64,000 bases of DNA from an uncultured Acidimicrobiales bacterium (lineage in GTDB: Bacteria > Actinomycetota > Acidimicrobiia > Acidimicrobiales > UBA10347): the NCBI GenBank assembly GCA_963925805.1, contig CAWUSE010000023.1, positions 1,098-65,097 of the forward strand, in the 5' to 3' direction. Both the position numbers and the translations under genes were made by a program. Positions within the stretch are counted from its first letter, which is position 1. Each line of letters begins with the position of its first letter. This document shows, piece after piece, positions 19,750-29,444 of the stretch. The notes under the pieces were generated by a model. The model made no database searches, was not told where the DNA came from, and saw nothing but the letters and a program-made list of their open reading frames with translations.

Positions 19750-20802
19750 ATGAAGGTCGCTATACAACAAAGTCCATGGAGTCGGGTCGACCTGTTCGAG
19801 GCGGCCGGCTTCGACGTTGTCGAGGCGCCGATCAGCACCGAAGACGAGTTCATTGATCTACTCCGCGATGTTGATGGTGCCACGATCGGGACGAAGCCCT
19901 TGACGAACCGGCGGGTGCTAGAGGCATGCCCGAATCTCAAGGTCGTTAGCCGCATGGGTGTCGGCGTCGACTCGATCGATCTCGCTGCTGCTGCCGAGCT
20001 GGGTATTTTGGCGTGCAACGTCCCCGGCGTGAATACCGCCGAGGTTGCCGACCACGCCATGGCCATGTTGTTGGCCCTTACACGCCGCCTGCCCGATTCC
20101 ATCCGCACCACCCGAGAGGGAGCCTGGAGTACTGACCGGGACCTCACCGTGCATTATCTGGAGTCGGTGCGACGCATCGCCGGTCATACGGTCGGCATCA
20201 TCGGCTTTGGCGATATCGGCCGGGCTTTCGCCAATCGGGTCAGGGGATTCGGGCCGGCCCGCATCGTGGCCGCTGACCCTCATGTGCATCCCAGCACCGC
20301 CGAGACGATGGGGGTTGATTTACTGCCTCTGGATGAGATGTTGGCTGTTTCGGACTATGTCAGCATCCATTGCTCGTCTACAGCCGAGACCCGTCATCTG
20401 ATCAACGCCGACACCCTGGCACTGATGAAGCCAACAGCAATCTTGGTGAACACGTCCCGCGGTCCGGTCGTCGATGGAGCGGCCCTGGCCGTCGCTCTGG
20501 CGGCTGGCACGATCGAGGCGGCAGCTCTCGACGTGACCGAGGTGGAGCCGATCGCGTCTGATGACCCTTTGCTGCGACTGCCCAACTGCATCGTGACCCC
20601 GCATGTTGCCGGCTTCTCGCCAACCTTCCTAGATCAGTGCACGACCCGCCAGACCGAGAATGTCATCCGGGTACTCACTGGCGAGGCCCCACACGGGTTG
20701 GCGAACCCAGAGGTCATCAAAACCATCGCCATCATGCGAGCCACCGGCAACGCCGGCCGGTGGGAAGGCGTGCCTGACTTCTCGACCGCCCTGCCGCTTT
20801 AG
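19750..20802 (+). CDS. D-isomer-specific 2-hydroxyacid dehydrogenase family (NAD-binding).
   Basis: GIIGFGDIGRA (GxGxxG), SIHC...T.HLIN, NTSRGPVVD, TPHVAG motifs. Confidence 0.85.
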   Translation: MKVAIQQSPWSRVDLFEAAGFDVVEAPISTEDEFIDLLRDVDGATIGTKPLTNRRVLEACPNLKVVSRMGVGVDSIDLAAAAELGILACNVPGVNTAEVADHAMAMLLALTRRLPDSIRTTREGAWSTDRDLTVHYLESVRRIAGHTVGIIGFGDIGRAFANRVRGFGPARIVAADPHVHPSTAETMGVDLLPLDEMLAVSDYVSIHCSSTAETRHLINADTLALMKPTAILVNTSRGPVVDGAALAVALAAGTIEAAALDVTEVEPIASDDPLLRLPNCIVTPHVAGFSPTFLDQCTTRQTENVIRVLTGEAPHGLANPEVIKTIAIMRATGNAGRWEGVPDFSTALPL

Positions 20803-21074
20803 CGCTGGCTCCCAGCGCTGGAGATCAGAATGCAGGAGATGAATCTGATGACGAACGCCTGCATCGCGACATCAGACGGGGATGCCGCCAGCGACGGCTG
20901 GTTGGATATCTACGTTCGAGGGGTGTTTTCCTCGTGGGCCCAGCGGATCACCTGAATCTGACCTGAGCATTCTGCGGACGCTGCGACGGGTACATGGTTC
21001 GCCCCGGTACATGGTCCGCTCTGGTGCGAGTTGACGGATTCGACACGCCACCTGAGGGTCACGTCACTGTTTGT

Positions 21075-22058
21075 TTACCCGGCCCTGACTTCGAGTCGAA
21101 GCGGGCGGCCCGCCAGATAATTATCGAGTTGTTCGATGAAGAGTTGGTCGTTGCGAGCCAAGAACCCGGCTCCGCCTCCAGCTAGGTGGCTCGTGACCGT
21201 GATGCGTTCGTGTACCCATAGCGGACTGCTCTCAGGGAGTGGCTCTGGATCAAACACGTCAAGGATCGCAGCCCCAATTACCCCCTGGTCGAGTGCTGTA
21301 ATCAGTGCTTGGTCATTGACTACGGCGCCTCGAGCGACGTTGACAAGCACTGCTTCTGGCTGCATGGCGGCTAAGAAGTCAGCGTTGACAAGACCGCGAG
21401 TCTGGTCGGTAAGGGGGCATGCGAGGATGACAACGTCGGCACATGCAAGCTCGGCCGTGAGCTCGTCCATCGTGGCCATCTTGTCGGCTGCTGGATCGTT
21501 CACAATAGTGCGTCGAATGCCAACGATTTCTACACCGAACGGTCGGGCTCGCTGTGCGATCTCGTGGCCGATTGAGCCGAACCCAACAATCGCCCAGCGT
21601 TGCCCGCCAATCTCTGGCCATGGCGCTTGTTCCCACCGTCGGTCACGTTGATTTTCGATTCGTCTCCCAATGCCGTGACGATGGGCGAGAAGAGCCGACA
21701 TCACGTACTCGGCAACGCCAATATTTGGGGCGTCGGAATTACTGAAGCGAATCCCCGCATCGATCACCTCTTGAAATGGTGGAGCGTCGATACCAGCCAA
21801 AGGGGCTTGGACCCAACTGACCGACCCGGCATCCACGACGGATTGGGCCAGCGCCATCATTTCACCAGTGAAGAACGCGTCGATACTCATCCATGCCACA
21901 CCCGGTGCGGGGTTATCAACCGGTTGACCATCTTCGTTGGTGACACCACCGCTTGACCAGAGCAATGGTTCGATCTGATGCGGCAGGGAGGCGAGACGGT
22001 CGGCCACCCGTTCATAGGCAGGCGCAGGTAGCAGAACTTGCGTCATGCGCGATCCCAC
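21075..22058 (-). CDS. D-2-hydroxyacid dehydrogenase family protein.
   Basis: AIVGFGSIGHEIA, LACPLTDQTRGLV, NVARGAVVD, TSHLAG motifs. Confidence 0.8.
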   Translation of the reverse strand: MGSRMTQVLLPAPAYERVADRLASLPHQIEPLLWSSGGVTNEDGQPVDNPAPGVAWMSIDAFFTGEMMALAQSVVDAGSVSWVQAPLAGIDAPPFQEVIDAGIRFSNSDAPNIGVAEYVMSALLAHRHGIGRRIENQRDRRWEQAPWPEIGGQRWAIVGFGSIGHEIAQRARPFGVEIVGIRRTIVNDPAADKMATMDELTAELACADVVILACPLTDQTRGLVNADFLAAMQPEAVLVNVARGAVVNDQALITALDQGVIGAAILDVFDPEPLPESSPLWVHERITVTSHLAGGGAGFLARNDQLFIEQLDNYLAGRPLRLEVRAG

Positions 22059-23452
22059 AGACGGTGGGAAAACACGCCGTTCCGGGCCTCGATGGCCTCC
22101 ATTGCGTCGCAGATGAGGTCTTCTCGGTAGCGGCGACCGACTAGCTGCACTGCGGCTGGTCGGCCAGCGATGAGGTCCATTCCAATGACGCCTGCGGGAA
22201 GTCCGAGATAGTTGGTACCGGTCGAGTAGATCGCTGAGTCGAAGAGATCTTTGACCTGTTCAAAGCCGCGGGTGTCGTAATCCCAGTCATAGGTGGGCCG
22301 CATCAGAAACGGGGTGAGCACGATCGGGTATTCATGTAGAAACAGGCTCCACTGGCGAGCCAACCGAGTGCGGTCGCCAAATGCTTGGATGTAGTTATCG
22401 CGATCGAGGATTTCCGAGAGCTCGTAATACCACTCGAAGATCTGATTGATCGTGTCACTGCCGTGCTCACGAAGAGCAGCATCGAGTGTGGCTTCCATCT
22501 CAGTTGTGCCGGCGCGGAACCATTCGCGTGCCGATTCGATGATTGGCGGTGGGTCAACCTCAACAACGGTGTAGCCAGCGTCACGCAGCTGATCTGCGGC
22601 TCGCTGCACGAGAGCCGTGATATCTGGATGGATGTCGTAGCCAGCTGATTCGGTAGTGACCGCCACGGTTGGCAGGCCGCCAATATCAGGTCCGTTCCAC
22701 GGGATGGGTGCCGAAAAGGGGTCACGAGGATCGGGTTCGATCATGACGCTCGTTGCAAGCCGGACATCAGCAGCGTGACGGGCGATGATGCCTTGCACAG
22801 ACATCGCCTGAGATAACGGGCCACGCTCGGCGGCTGCCGATGAGTTAAACACCGGTACCCGCATGCTCGTCGGCTTAATGGTTGTCACGCCATTCATGAA
22901 CGCCGGAAATCGCAGTGAGCCGCCGATGTCGTTGCCGTGATTGAGTGGTGCCATGCCAGCAGCGCATGCTGAGCCGGCGCCACCGGATGAACCGCCGGGC
23001 GAGGCCAGGTCTTCCCACGGGTTGAAGGTCCGTCCTCGCAGCGGGTTGTCGGTGGTCGCCCGCATCGAAAACTCGGGTGTGTTTGTGCGTCCGATGACGA
23101 TCGCCCCAGCGTTGCGTAGGTTGCGAACGAGCGGTGCGTCCTCGGTTGCCATTGCATCGGCGAATGCGGGCACGCCATTGGTGTTGGGAAGCCCAGCCAT
23201 ATCGACGTTCTCTTTGATGGTCAGTGGCACGCCGTGCAGCGGACCCAATGCATCGCCGGCAGCCACCTGTTGATCAGCGACAAGCGCTGAGCTCATGGCC
23301 TGCTCGTACAACGGCAGCGTGATCGCATTGAGATGGGGGTTCGTCTCTTCGGCGCGTGCGATTGCTGCAGCGATTACCTCGCTGGGCTTCATTTGTTTGT
23401 TCTGCACCTGTGTAGCGACTTCGGTCGCACTCAGTTTCCATAGTTCGGTCAT
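22043..23452 (-). CDS. Amidase (amidase-signature family).
   Basis: GGSSGG signature and K/S/S context. Start set at MTELWKLS (ATG 23452); the longer ORF extension is low-complexity. Confidence 0.85.
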   Translation of the reverse strand: MTELWKLSATEVATQVQNKQMKPSEVIAAAIARAEETNPHLNAITLPLYEQAMSSALVADQQVAAGDALGPLHGVPLTIKENVDMAGLPNTNGVPAFADAMATEDAPLVRNLRNAGAIVIGRTNTPEFSMRATTDNPLRGRTFNPWEDLASPGGSSGGAGSACAAGMAPLNHGNDIGGSLRFPAFMNGVTTIKPTSMRVPVFNSSAAAERGPLSQAMSVQGIIARHAADVRLATSVMIEPDPRDPFSAPIPWNGPDIGGLPTVAVTTESAGYDIHPDITALVQRAADQLRDAGYTVVEVDPPPIIESAREWFRAGTTEMEATLDAALREHGSDTINQIFEWYYELSEILDRDNYIQAFGDRTRLARQWSLFLHEYPIVLTPFLMRPTYDWDYDTRGFEQVKDLFDSAIYSTGTNYLGLPAGVIGMDLIAGRPAAVQLVGRRYREDLICDAMEAIEARNGVFSHRLWDRA

Positions 23453-23606
23453 AGATCGGCCCTCCAGCCCAGAGAGGCGAGAGTACCTGGGTGTCGTAGA
23501 CAGATGGAAGTTGACGTGGCGTCTTGCAGCTGGGAGGTCATCAGCGGCCCGATTAACACGGCTTGCAGATTGGGACGAGCAGGGCGTAGTCGACGACAAT
23601 CCATCT

Positions 23607-24086
23607 ATGACCGAATCTTCCGCAACCGAACTGCCCACCAAGGGCTCCGCCACCGTCGAGGTCAACGCCTCGGCAGCAGACGTTTATGCTTTGCTCACTG
23701 ATCTAGACCGGCTCCCGACGCTGAGCCCCGAGAACCAGCGTTGCGAATTCCTGCACGACGCCGCAGCCATTGCAACCGGTGTCCGTTTCCGCGGTCACAA
23801 CAAGAAGGGCGATTACGAATGGCACGCCGATTGCGAAGTCACCGTTGCCGATGTAGGCAAAGCGTTCGCCTACATCGTTCCGCCCGATTTCAAGCACGCC
23901 ACCACGTGGGGCTATGACATCGAGTCGACGGGCCCCAATAGCTGCACGGTCACCGAGTGGTTCGATGCTCCAATGCTTGCACTGCCAGACGTATACCCAG
24001 GCCAGATCGAAGGTCGCTGCGAGAACCTTGAGAAGGCGTGCCTCACCACGATGGAGAACTTGCGCGCAGCATTTGATGGTTCATAG
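23607..24086 (+). CDS. SRPBCC (START / polyketide cyclase-like) family protein.
   Basis: 159 aa starting at MTESSATE. Typical V.A....V...L.D..R.P.....  pattern. Confidence 0.75.
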   Translation: MTESSATELPTKGSATVEVNASAADVYALLTDLDRLPTLSPENQRCEFLHDAAAIATGVRFRGHNKKGDYEWHADCEVTVADVGKAFAYIVPPDFKHATTWGYDIESTGPNSCTVTEWFDAPMLALPDVYPGQIEGRCENLEKACLTTMENLRAAFDGS

Positions 24087-24099
24087 CGACTGGTGACAG

Positions 24100-24146
24100 G
24101 TTTCCTGCCAATACTCCGTTTCCTGCCAATACTCCGTTTCCTGACA
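24100..24146. repeat. 18-bp direct repeat GTTTCCTGCCAATACTCC, 2 copies plus a partial third, flanked by a TGACAGG / CTGACAGG pair.
   Basis: Read directly in the 101-bp spacer between the SRPBCC and PPOX genes. Confidence 0.9.
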
Positions 24147-24187
24147 GGAGTGACTAACGTGCTCGCAGACACCGGGGGCAACCACAA

Positions 24188-24607
24188 ATGGCCAAGATGA
24201 ATGAGACCGAACGAGATGCTTTTCTCGCCGAAGTGCGCGTGGCAGTGCTCGCAATCGAGCGGGCAGATAAGGGACCGTTATGCGCTCCGGTCTGGTATCG
24301 CTTCGCTGACGGTGTATTCGAGATTGCCATGGCGAACGATTCGGCCAAGGCCAAGTTGCTACGACGGTCCGGGCGGGCAACCTTGTGTGTGCAGGACGAA
24401 GCAGGCCCGTACCGCTATGTCACCGCCGAGGGCGAGGTCACCGTTGAAGCGGTATCGCCCGAGGAGCGCGACGCTTTCTTGCGTGACGTTGCATGCCGCT
24501 ATCTTGGTGACACGAGCGGTAATCAATACGCGGACAGCTTCCCGGGTCACGAAGAAGCAATCGTTACCATGCGGCCCCGCCGGTGGCATACCGAAGTGCT
24601 TGGCTGA
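24188..24607 (+). CDS. PPOX-class (pyridoxamine 5'-phosphate oxidase-like) probable F420-dependent enzyme.
   Basis: 139 aa. The pattern ERDAFL...VAVLA....GP...PVWY......F.I and the C-terminal R.W are typical of the family. Confidence 0.8.
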   Translation: MAKMNETERDAFLAEVRVAVLAIERADKGPLCAPVWYRFADGVFEIAMANDSAKAKLLRRSGRATLCVQDEAGPYRYVTAEGEVTVEAVSPEERDAFLRDVACRYLGDTSGNQYADSFPGHEEAIVTMRPRRWHTEVLG

Positions 24608-25229
24608 GGGGCCTAGCGATACCGACGAGCGGTTAACGAATGGTTCGGCCCATCGGTCGGATTGAGCGACAGCTTCGACGGCGCGGCCCAAAGCGAATGT
24701 GCCCATGCCCTAGATCCGCCCACGGTCAAGAGCCAGCCTGCCTGCCGGATCGATGACACCGTGGTTTAACACCACGGTCGAGGCGGCCGAGGAGTCGATC
24801 TGGAACGCGCTGTGCGTTGCCGACACGATGACCGGCCATCGAGGTCGAATCGTTGACGCCACCCCACACGGTCGACTAGCAGCGCTTCGCTGGTTGGCAT
24901 GGTGTCCTTGCCAACCAGCAGCATCGCCTCGGCGCAGCGCAGGCCGAAGCGCTCACGATTAGCCGGGAGCCGAAGTGAGTAACCGACCGTTCTGGAGCGA
25001 GTGGCCGATCGAGCCTCTCTAGCGGTATCTCTACGCCGCGCCGAGTAGCTTGAAAGAACGGTTTGACGGGCCGACGGCCGGCTTGGTTGGACCAAGAGGG
25101 GAATCATGCCTTGGAGTATCGAAGGCATACCGTGGCGATCGCACATAACGTGAAGGACTCGATGTTCGGAATCAGTGCTGTCGGTTCGAGCCTGTCGGGA
25201 TTCTCGAACCAGCACTCCTGGCTGCCTAG

Positions 25230-26015
25230 ATGACGACGACTCGGCTCGGCAGCCACGTCCCGTTTAGTGCCATCACGTTGGCTCTTATCGGCCTGTCGGC
25301 GGTGGCGTGGACTGGCACCGTCGCCTGGGCTCGTTCGGCAGGCATGGGGGCTATGCCAGGAACGATGGGCATGGATCTCATGGCGTTCGTCGCCATGTGG
25401 TCGTTGATGATGACGGCGATGATGCTGCCCTCGGTAGGCCCGTTAGTGGGTGTCTATCAGCGCACGATCACCGAGTTTCGGCTACCTCGTCTCGTTGGAC
25501 TCGGGCTCGGTTATCTCGTCGTGTGGGCTGCGGTGGGTGTAGGCGCGTTCGCAATCGCTACCTGGTTCGGCGATCTTGCGGCGGGCCACGAAACAGCGAC
25601 CCAACTGGTTGCAGTAGCGACGTTCTGTCTCGTCGGGGTTTATCAGCTCAGCCCTCTCAAGTCCCGATGCCTAAGCCACTGCCGCACCCCGGTCGGCCAC
25701 ATGCTCCACTACCTCGGGTTTCAGGGAACGCTGCGAGATGTTCGAGCTGGCTTCAGTCACGGCTGGTACTGCCTGGGCTGCTGCTGGGCGTTGATGGAGT
25801 TGATGGTCGCATTTGGGGTCATGAACATCGCTGCCATGGTTGCCCTCACTGCCATCATCGCGATAGAGAGGGTCTGGCGCCACGGCGAACGGTTCGCCCG
25901 CATAATCGGGGCTGCTTCGATCGCCTACGCGGTGGCCTTGATCTTCGTTCCGGAGTTGGCTCCGGGACTGGACCCCGGCGGTTTGATGCCAATGCAAGAC
26001 ATGTCGGCTGCGTGA
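25230..26015 (+). CDS. DUF2182-like integral membrane protein (predicted metal-binding).
   Basis: 261 aa, multi-TM, with the WSLMMTAMMLPS motif remembered from DUF2182. Confidence 0.75.
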   Translation: MTTTRLGSHVPFSAITLALIGLSAVAWTGTVAWARSAGMGAMPGTMGMDLMAFVAMWSLMMTAMMLPSVGPLVGVYQRTITEFRLPRLVGLGLGYLVVWAAVGVGAFAIATWFGDLAAGHETATQLVAVATFCLVGVYQLSPLKSRCLSHCRTPVGHMLHYLGFQGTLRDVRAGFSHGWYCLGCCWALMELMVAFGVMNIAAMVALTAIIAIERVWRHGERFARIIGAASIAYAVALIFVPELAPGLDPGGLMPMQDMSAA

Positions 26016-26033
26016 CAACCCTCATCTTGAGTT

Positions 26034-26663
26034 CTAGGGCCCACTCCACTCAAAGTTTGCGTAGTACGCATTGAGGTCTGAGTTGTCCCACTCGAAACCG
26101 TGGTCACGAAACGTCGATCGGGTCGAGCGGGCGGTGTAAAGGCGGCGAGAAACGAAGTGCCGTAGGTTGTCGAGCCATGAGGCTTGTCCGTCCCACCCTT
26201 CGATCGCCTCGTATTCCACATCGAGAATTCCTGGGATTTGGGCCCAACCCTTGGTGCCTTCTCGACCAATTTCCATCGACACGACCCGGTCGGGCAGACG
26301 GTGACTGATTAACGGTCCGAAGAATCGGCCCACAGCGCCTCCACTCTGTCCGCTGAAAATTTTCTCACAGGCCTCTCGTTGTTCCGGTGTCGCTTCTTCA
26401 TCTAGGTAAAGACCGAATGTCCAGTCTCCGAGGCCCATTGCCCCCGGCGTATAGATAACGACGCCAACCTTGATTCCCTGAAGCTGGACTTCGCCGTAGT
26501 GTCCATCGTGGATCTGGAAAATCATAGGGACATCACAGTGCCCTTCGGTCGGCTCGGCAAGGGCAGACCCCTGCTCATCCCGCGTACCAAGAAGGCATGG
26601 ACAGAGCACTTCGCAATTGCAGCTTTCCATGTACTCGCCGCGGATGGACCAGGCCTCGATCAT
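26034..26663 (-). CDS. DUF1326-like protein.
   Basis: N-terminus W.I.GEYMESCNCEVLCPC is typical of DUF1326. Start set at the ATG at 26663 with GGAG 6 nt upstream. Confidence 0.75.
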   Translation of the reverse strand: MIEAWSIRGEYMESCNCEVLCPCLLGTRDEQGSALAEPTEGHCDVPMIFQIHDGHYGEVQLQGIKVGVVIYTPGAMGLGDWTFGLYLDEEATPEQREACEKIFSGQSGGAVGRFFGPLISHRLPDRVVSMEIGREGTKGWAQIPGILDVEYEAIEGWDGQASWLDNLRHFVSRRLYTARSTRSTFRDHGFEWDNSDLNAYYANFEWSGP

Positions 26664-26774
26664 CGTGATCTCCTTCACGAGAGAAACAGCGGTTTCGCCT
26701 CATCTCCCATAGTAGGCATAGCCCTCGACAAGCGCTAGTTGGGCTGAGGCAGTCCGGTTGAGGGCTCCGAGCAT

Positions 26775-26810
26775 GACGGTGAGTTAGCCGGTAGGCGGTT
26801 TAGAGGTTCT
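26775..26810. repeat. Copy A of the rnpB-terminus-like repeat.
   Basis: GACGGTGAGTTAGCCGGTAGGCGG matches plus-strand 30130-30153 at 22 of 24 positions, then has a 6-nt insertion followed by GGTTCT. It also matches the rnpB 5' P1 strand 17/17 in the opposite orientation. Confidence 0.7.
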
Positions 26811-27036
26811 ACTGGTGCAAGGTCGTTGTTAATGCAACAAATATTGGGGATCAAGCGCCGTGATCCAATCGAGATCCACGGTAAGCCAGTACGAGTTCAT
26901 CGAGAACCTCCGAGCGTGAGCTAAAGCTCATCTTTGTATTACTGAAGTCGGTTCTCGTTGAGACGCCGACTCCAGCCGGTTGCCGCCAGCGAGGTATAGC
27001 TTCAGTTGGACAGGATGCCCGTACCCTGACGTCTTC

Positions 27037-27372
27037 ATGGGTCTGCTGATACTCTCGCTCGGTTCGGCAACGGCCTTTCTGTTCTACGGCTACGAAACGC
27101 TGTTCGGAGATGGTCCTCGCTCGGAATACGAGCGTTACGGGACGCCGCAGCTCAGAGTCTTCGTCGGCGCTATGCAAGTGTTCGGTGCGCTGGGGGTCTT
27201 GGTTGGGCTCGCGTACGGGCCGATCGGGGCGGCGGCAACCGGAGGCTTAACGCTCATGATGCTGCTTGGACTGCTCCTTCGATACCGGATACACGACGCT
27301 CCTCGATTGATGCTGCCGGCAGCGGTACTCGCTGCAGTCAACGGAACGCTGCTTGCCCTCCACTTGCTCTGA
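27037..27372 (+). CDS. DoxX-like small membrane protein.
   Basis: About 111 aa with 4 hydrophobic segments. Start set at MGLLILSLG. Confidence 0.6.
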   Translation: MGLLILSLGSATAFLFYGYETLFGDGPRSEYERYGTPQLRVFVGAMQVFGALGVLVGLAYGPIGAAATGGLTLMMLLGLLLRYRIHDAPRLMLPAAVLAAVNGTLLALHLL

Positions 27373-27404
27373 GGCTCGGAGCGCTATCCCTACTGGCCGC
27401 CGCC

Positions 27405-27776
27405 TCAGCGCCCGTTGAGGATCGCAGACACGGCTGCCCCTGTGAAGACCAAGATGGCAGGCATCGAGCGCTTCAGCGGATCCTTAACCTTGACATGCAT
27501 TCCAATGGCGCCGAGCATCAACGCCGCGAGACCGGTGGAAGCTGGCCGAGCGATCTTGGGCACGAAGAGTCCGACCAACATTGCGCTGGCGAGGCTTACC
27601 TTTGCAGCTCCCACGGCATACATGGTTCCCTCGGAGAGCCCGTACTCCTCGAACTCCTCACGCATGTTTGTTGCGTCGCCGCCTCGGTATCCGGTGTCCT
27701 TGTCGAATCTGTTGAACCAGACGTTGAGGATCCAGAATGCCGATCCGATCTGGGCGATCTTGCCGATGATGGTCAT
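27405..27776 (-). CDS. DoxX-like family membrane protein.
   Basis: 123 aa. The WILNVWFNRFDK..EEFEEYGL pattern is seen in DoxX-like proteins. Confidence 0.65.
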   Translation of the reverse strand: MTIIGKIAQIGSAFWILNVWFNRFDKDTGYRGGDATNMREEFEEYGLSEGTMYAVGAAKVSLASAMLVGLFVPKIARPASTGLAALMLGAIGMHVKVKDPLKRSMPAILVFTGAAVSAILNGR

Positions 27777-28060
27777 AAGAATCCGTTCGTTCGGGACACA
27801 GCGGGTCTGTGATCACACGGTCGCTCCCGGTTCTCCCGGGCTCGGGCAGTGTACGGTCCAAGACTGGCCCGGGTAAGAGTCGGATGGGCATCCCTTAAGC
27901 GGTTTGCGGCCGTTCTGGTTCACATGTCGAGCGCTTTTAGCAGTACTACCAGAGGTGCGGCGGCTGCAAACATTCGGGCCCCTGGTTCTAGGGAGACGCA
28001 GACTCTGTTCTGTGCACACATTCCTGGTGTTTGGGCAAAATTCCCACCATTCCAACGAAT

Positions 28061-28098
28061 GTGGCAGCGGATCAGTGTGGCAGCGGATCAGTGTGGGT
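28061..28098. repeat. 16-bp tandem repeat GTGGCAGCGGATCAGT, 2 copies plus a partial third, abutting repeat copy B.
   Basis: Read directly in an ORF-poor 600-bp stretch. Confidence 0.9.
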
Positions 28099-28132
28099 GA
28101 CAGTGAGTTAGCCTGTAGACGAGGTAGTGGCC
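28099..28132. repeat. Copy B of the rnpB-terminus-like repeat.
   Basis: GACAGTGAGTTAGCCTGTAGACGAGGTAGTGGCC matches plus-strand 30130-30163 at 27 of 34 positions. It is followed by the perfect hairpin AACGTTGC-AATA-GCAACGTT. Confidence 0.7.
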
Positions 28133-28375
28133 ATGTGACCCAAACAACGTTGCAATAGCAACGTTCCAGTCCTCTGAACTAGGCCCCGTCCAACCAGCGT
28201 CCAACAACGCCAGCACTACTGGCCGTTCAACCACCCACGCCACCTGGGGCACGACATCATCCCCGGCAACCGGTGTTCGCGTTCTGAATGCTCGAAGGGC
28301 TCGTTGTCACGATGGCCCTTGTGCGAGCCGTCAGGACGCAGCGGCGAGAGGGAGAACTGAACCGCCGAGTCCCAA

Positions 28376-29107
28376 CTAGAGAGCGGTGCCCCTGTCTATT
28401 CCTAACTCGGTAGCAGTGTCCCGGTCTATCCGGGGCAACAACGGATCATCGTTACTATTCATGCCGTCTGGAAGAACGGTGTTACACCAAAAAGCGTCAG
28501 TCAGATCGACATCGCCCAGCTCGGCGCCGCTCAGATCGGCACCCCCTATGCGTGCACCCTCCAGGTTGGCGCTGCGCAGGTTGGCGCTGCGCAGGTTGGC
28601 GCCGGTCAGGTTGGCGCCGGTCAGGTAAGCGCTGCGCAGGTTGGCGCCGTTGAGTTTGGCGTCGGTCAGGTTGGCGCTGTGCAGGTTGGCGCCGGTCAGG
28701 TAAGCGCTGCGCAGGTTGGCGCCGTTGAGTTTGGCGTCGGTCAGGTTGGCGCTGCGCAGGTTGGCGCCGTTGAGTTTGGCGCTGTGCAGGTTGGCGTCGG
28801 TCAGGTTGGCGCCGTTCAGGAATGCGCCGGACAGGTTGGCGCCGGTCAGGTTGGCGCCGGTCAGGAATGCGCCGGTCAGGTCGGCGAAGTTCAGGAATGC
28901 GCCGGTCAGGTTGGCGCCGGTCAGGTTGACTTCGGACAGACGACCGCCAGTCAGGTGGGCCCCTGGCCAGTTGGCGCCGGTCAGGTCGACGCCGGTCAGG
29001 TCGACGCCGGCCATCTCGGCAGGGTCGCGCAGGTCAGGCGCTTCCATGTGAGGACCGACAGGTGCTTTCATGCCGGAGTCGGTCAGCCGTTTTCGTCGGT
29101 TCCACAT
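28376..29107 (-). CDS. Pentapeptide-repeat protein.
   Basis: Long run of A(D/N)L(T/S/R)GA-type pentapeptides (ANLTGANLSGAFLNGANLTDANL...). Start uncertain: M1, M13 or M21. Confidence 0.85.
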   Translation of the reverse strand: MWNRRKRLTDSGMKAPVGPHMEAPDLRDPAEMAGVDLTGVDLTGANWPGAHLTGGRLSEVNLTGANLTGAFLNFADLTGAFLTGANLTGANLSGAFLNGANLTDANLHSAKLNGANLRSANLTDAKLNGANLRSAYLTGANLHSANLTDAKLNGANLRSAYLTGANLTGANLRSANLRSANLEGARIGGADLSGAELGDVDLTDAFWCNTVLPDGMNSNDDPLLPRIDRDTATELGIDRGTAL

Positions 29108-29444
29108 AAGTTGAACTCACCATAACCGAAGGATCGGCGAGCAGCGACCAACGTCCTCGGCTACGACTCTTGCCGCTGAGCTTCTAGGAGCCGTACCTAG
29201 ATCGAGCGCGAAAGCCTCGGCTCGTAACAACGGTGCCCCCATCTCAGACACCTAGAACGAGAGCACAGATGGTGGTTCGGGGTCTAGGAATAGGGCCCCC
29301 GGATTAGTTTCAACATGCCACTTCTGCCATTGCGTCGGCTTCAGCAACGTCGAACGGATCTAGCCCGAGATCGGCAACGGTTGTCGACTTTGAATCTTCA
29401 AAGTCCTGTCTTGGGTGTTGGCTGGTGCCGTGGCAGAGACAGGA

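Noticed and set aside
20830-20955. 41-aa ORF (MQEMNLMTNACIATSDGDAASDGWLDIYVRGVFSSWAQRIT) with a GGAGA SD, in the gap between convergent dehydrogenase genes.
   Set aside because: It is too short and has no homology cue. It is recorded only as a candidate for ribosome-profiling checks.
24970-25010. A fourth copy of the rnpB-terminus repeat (GAAGTGAGTAACCGACCGTTCTGGAGCGAGTGGCC).
   Set aside because: Only short k-mers match (GTGAGT, TTCTG, AGTGGCC) and gaps are needed, so similarity is too weak to claim by eye. It is mentioned only as a pointer in the DUF2182/DUF1326 finding.
28500-29000. Highly repetitive DNA with 15-bp periodicity (GGCGCCGGTCAGGTT-like units) that could look like a CRISPR or minisatellite array.
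   Set aside because: It lies entirely inside the pentapeptide-repeat ORF on the minus strand. The periodicity equals 5 codons, there are no unique spacers, and the plus-strand ORFs over it are shadows.
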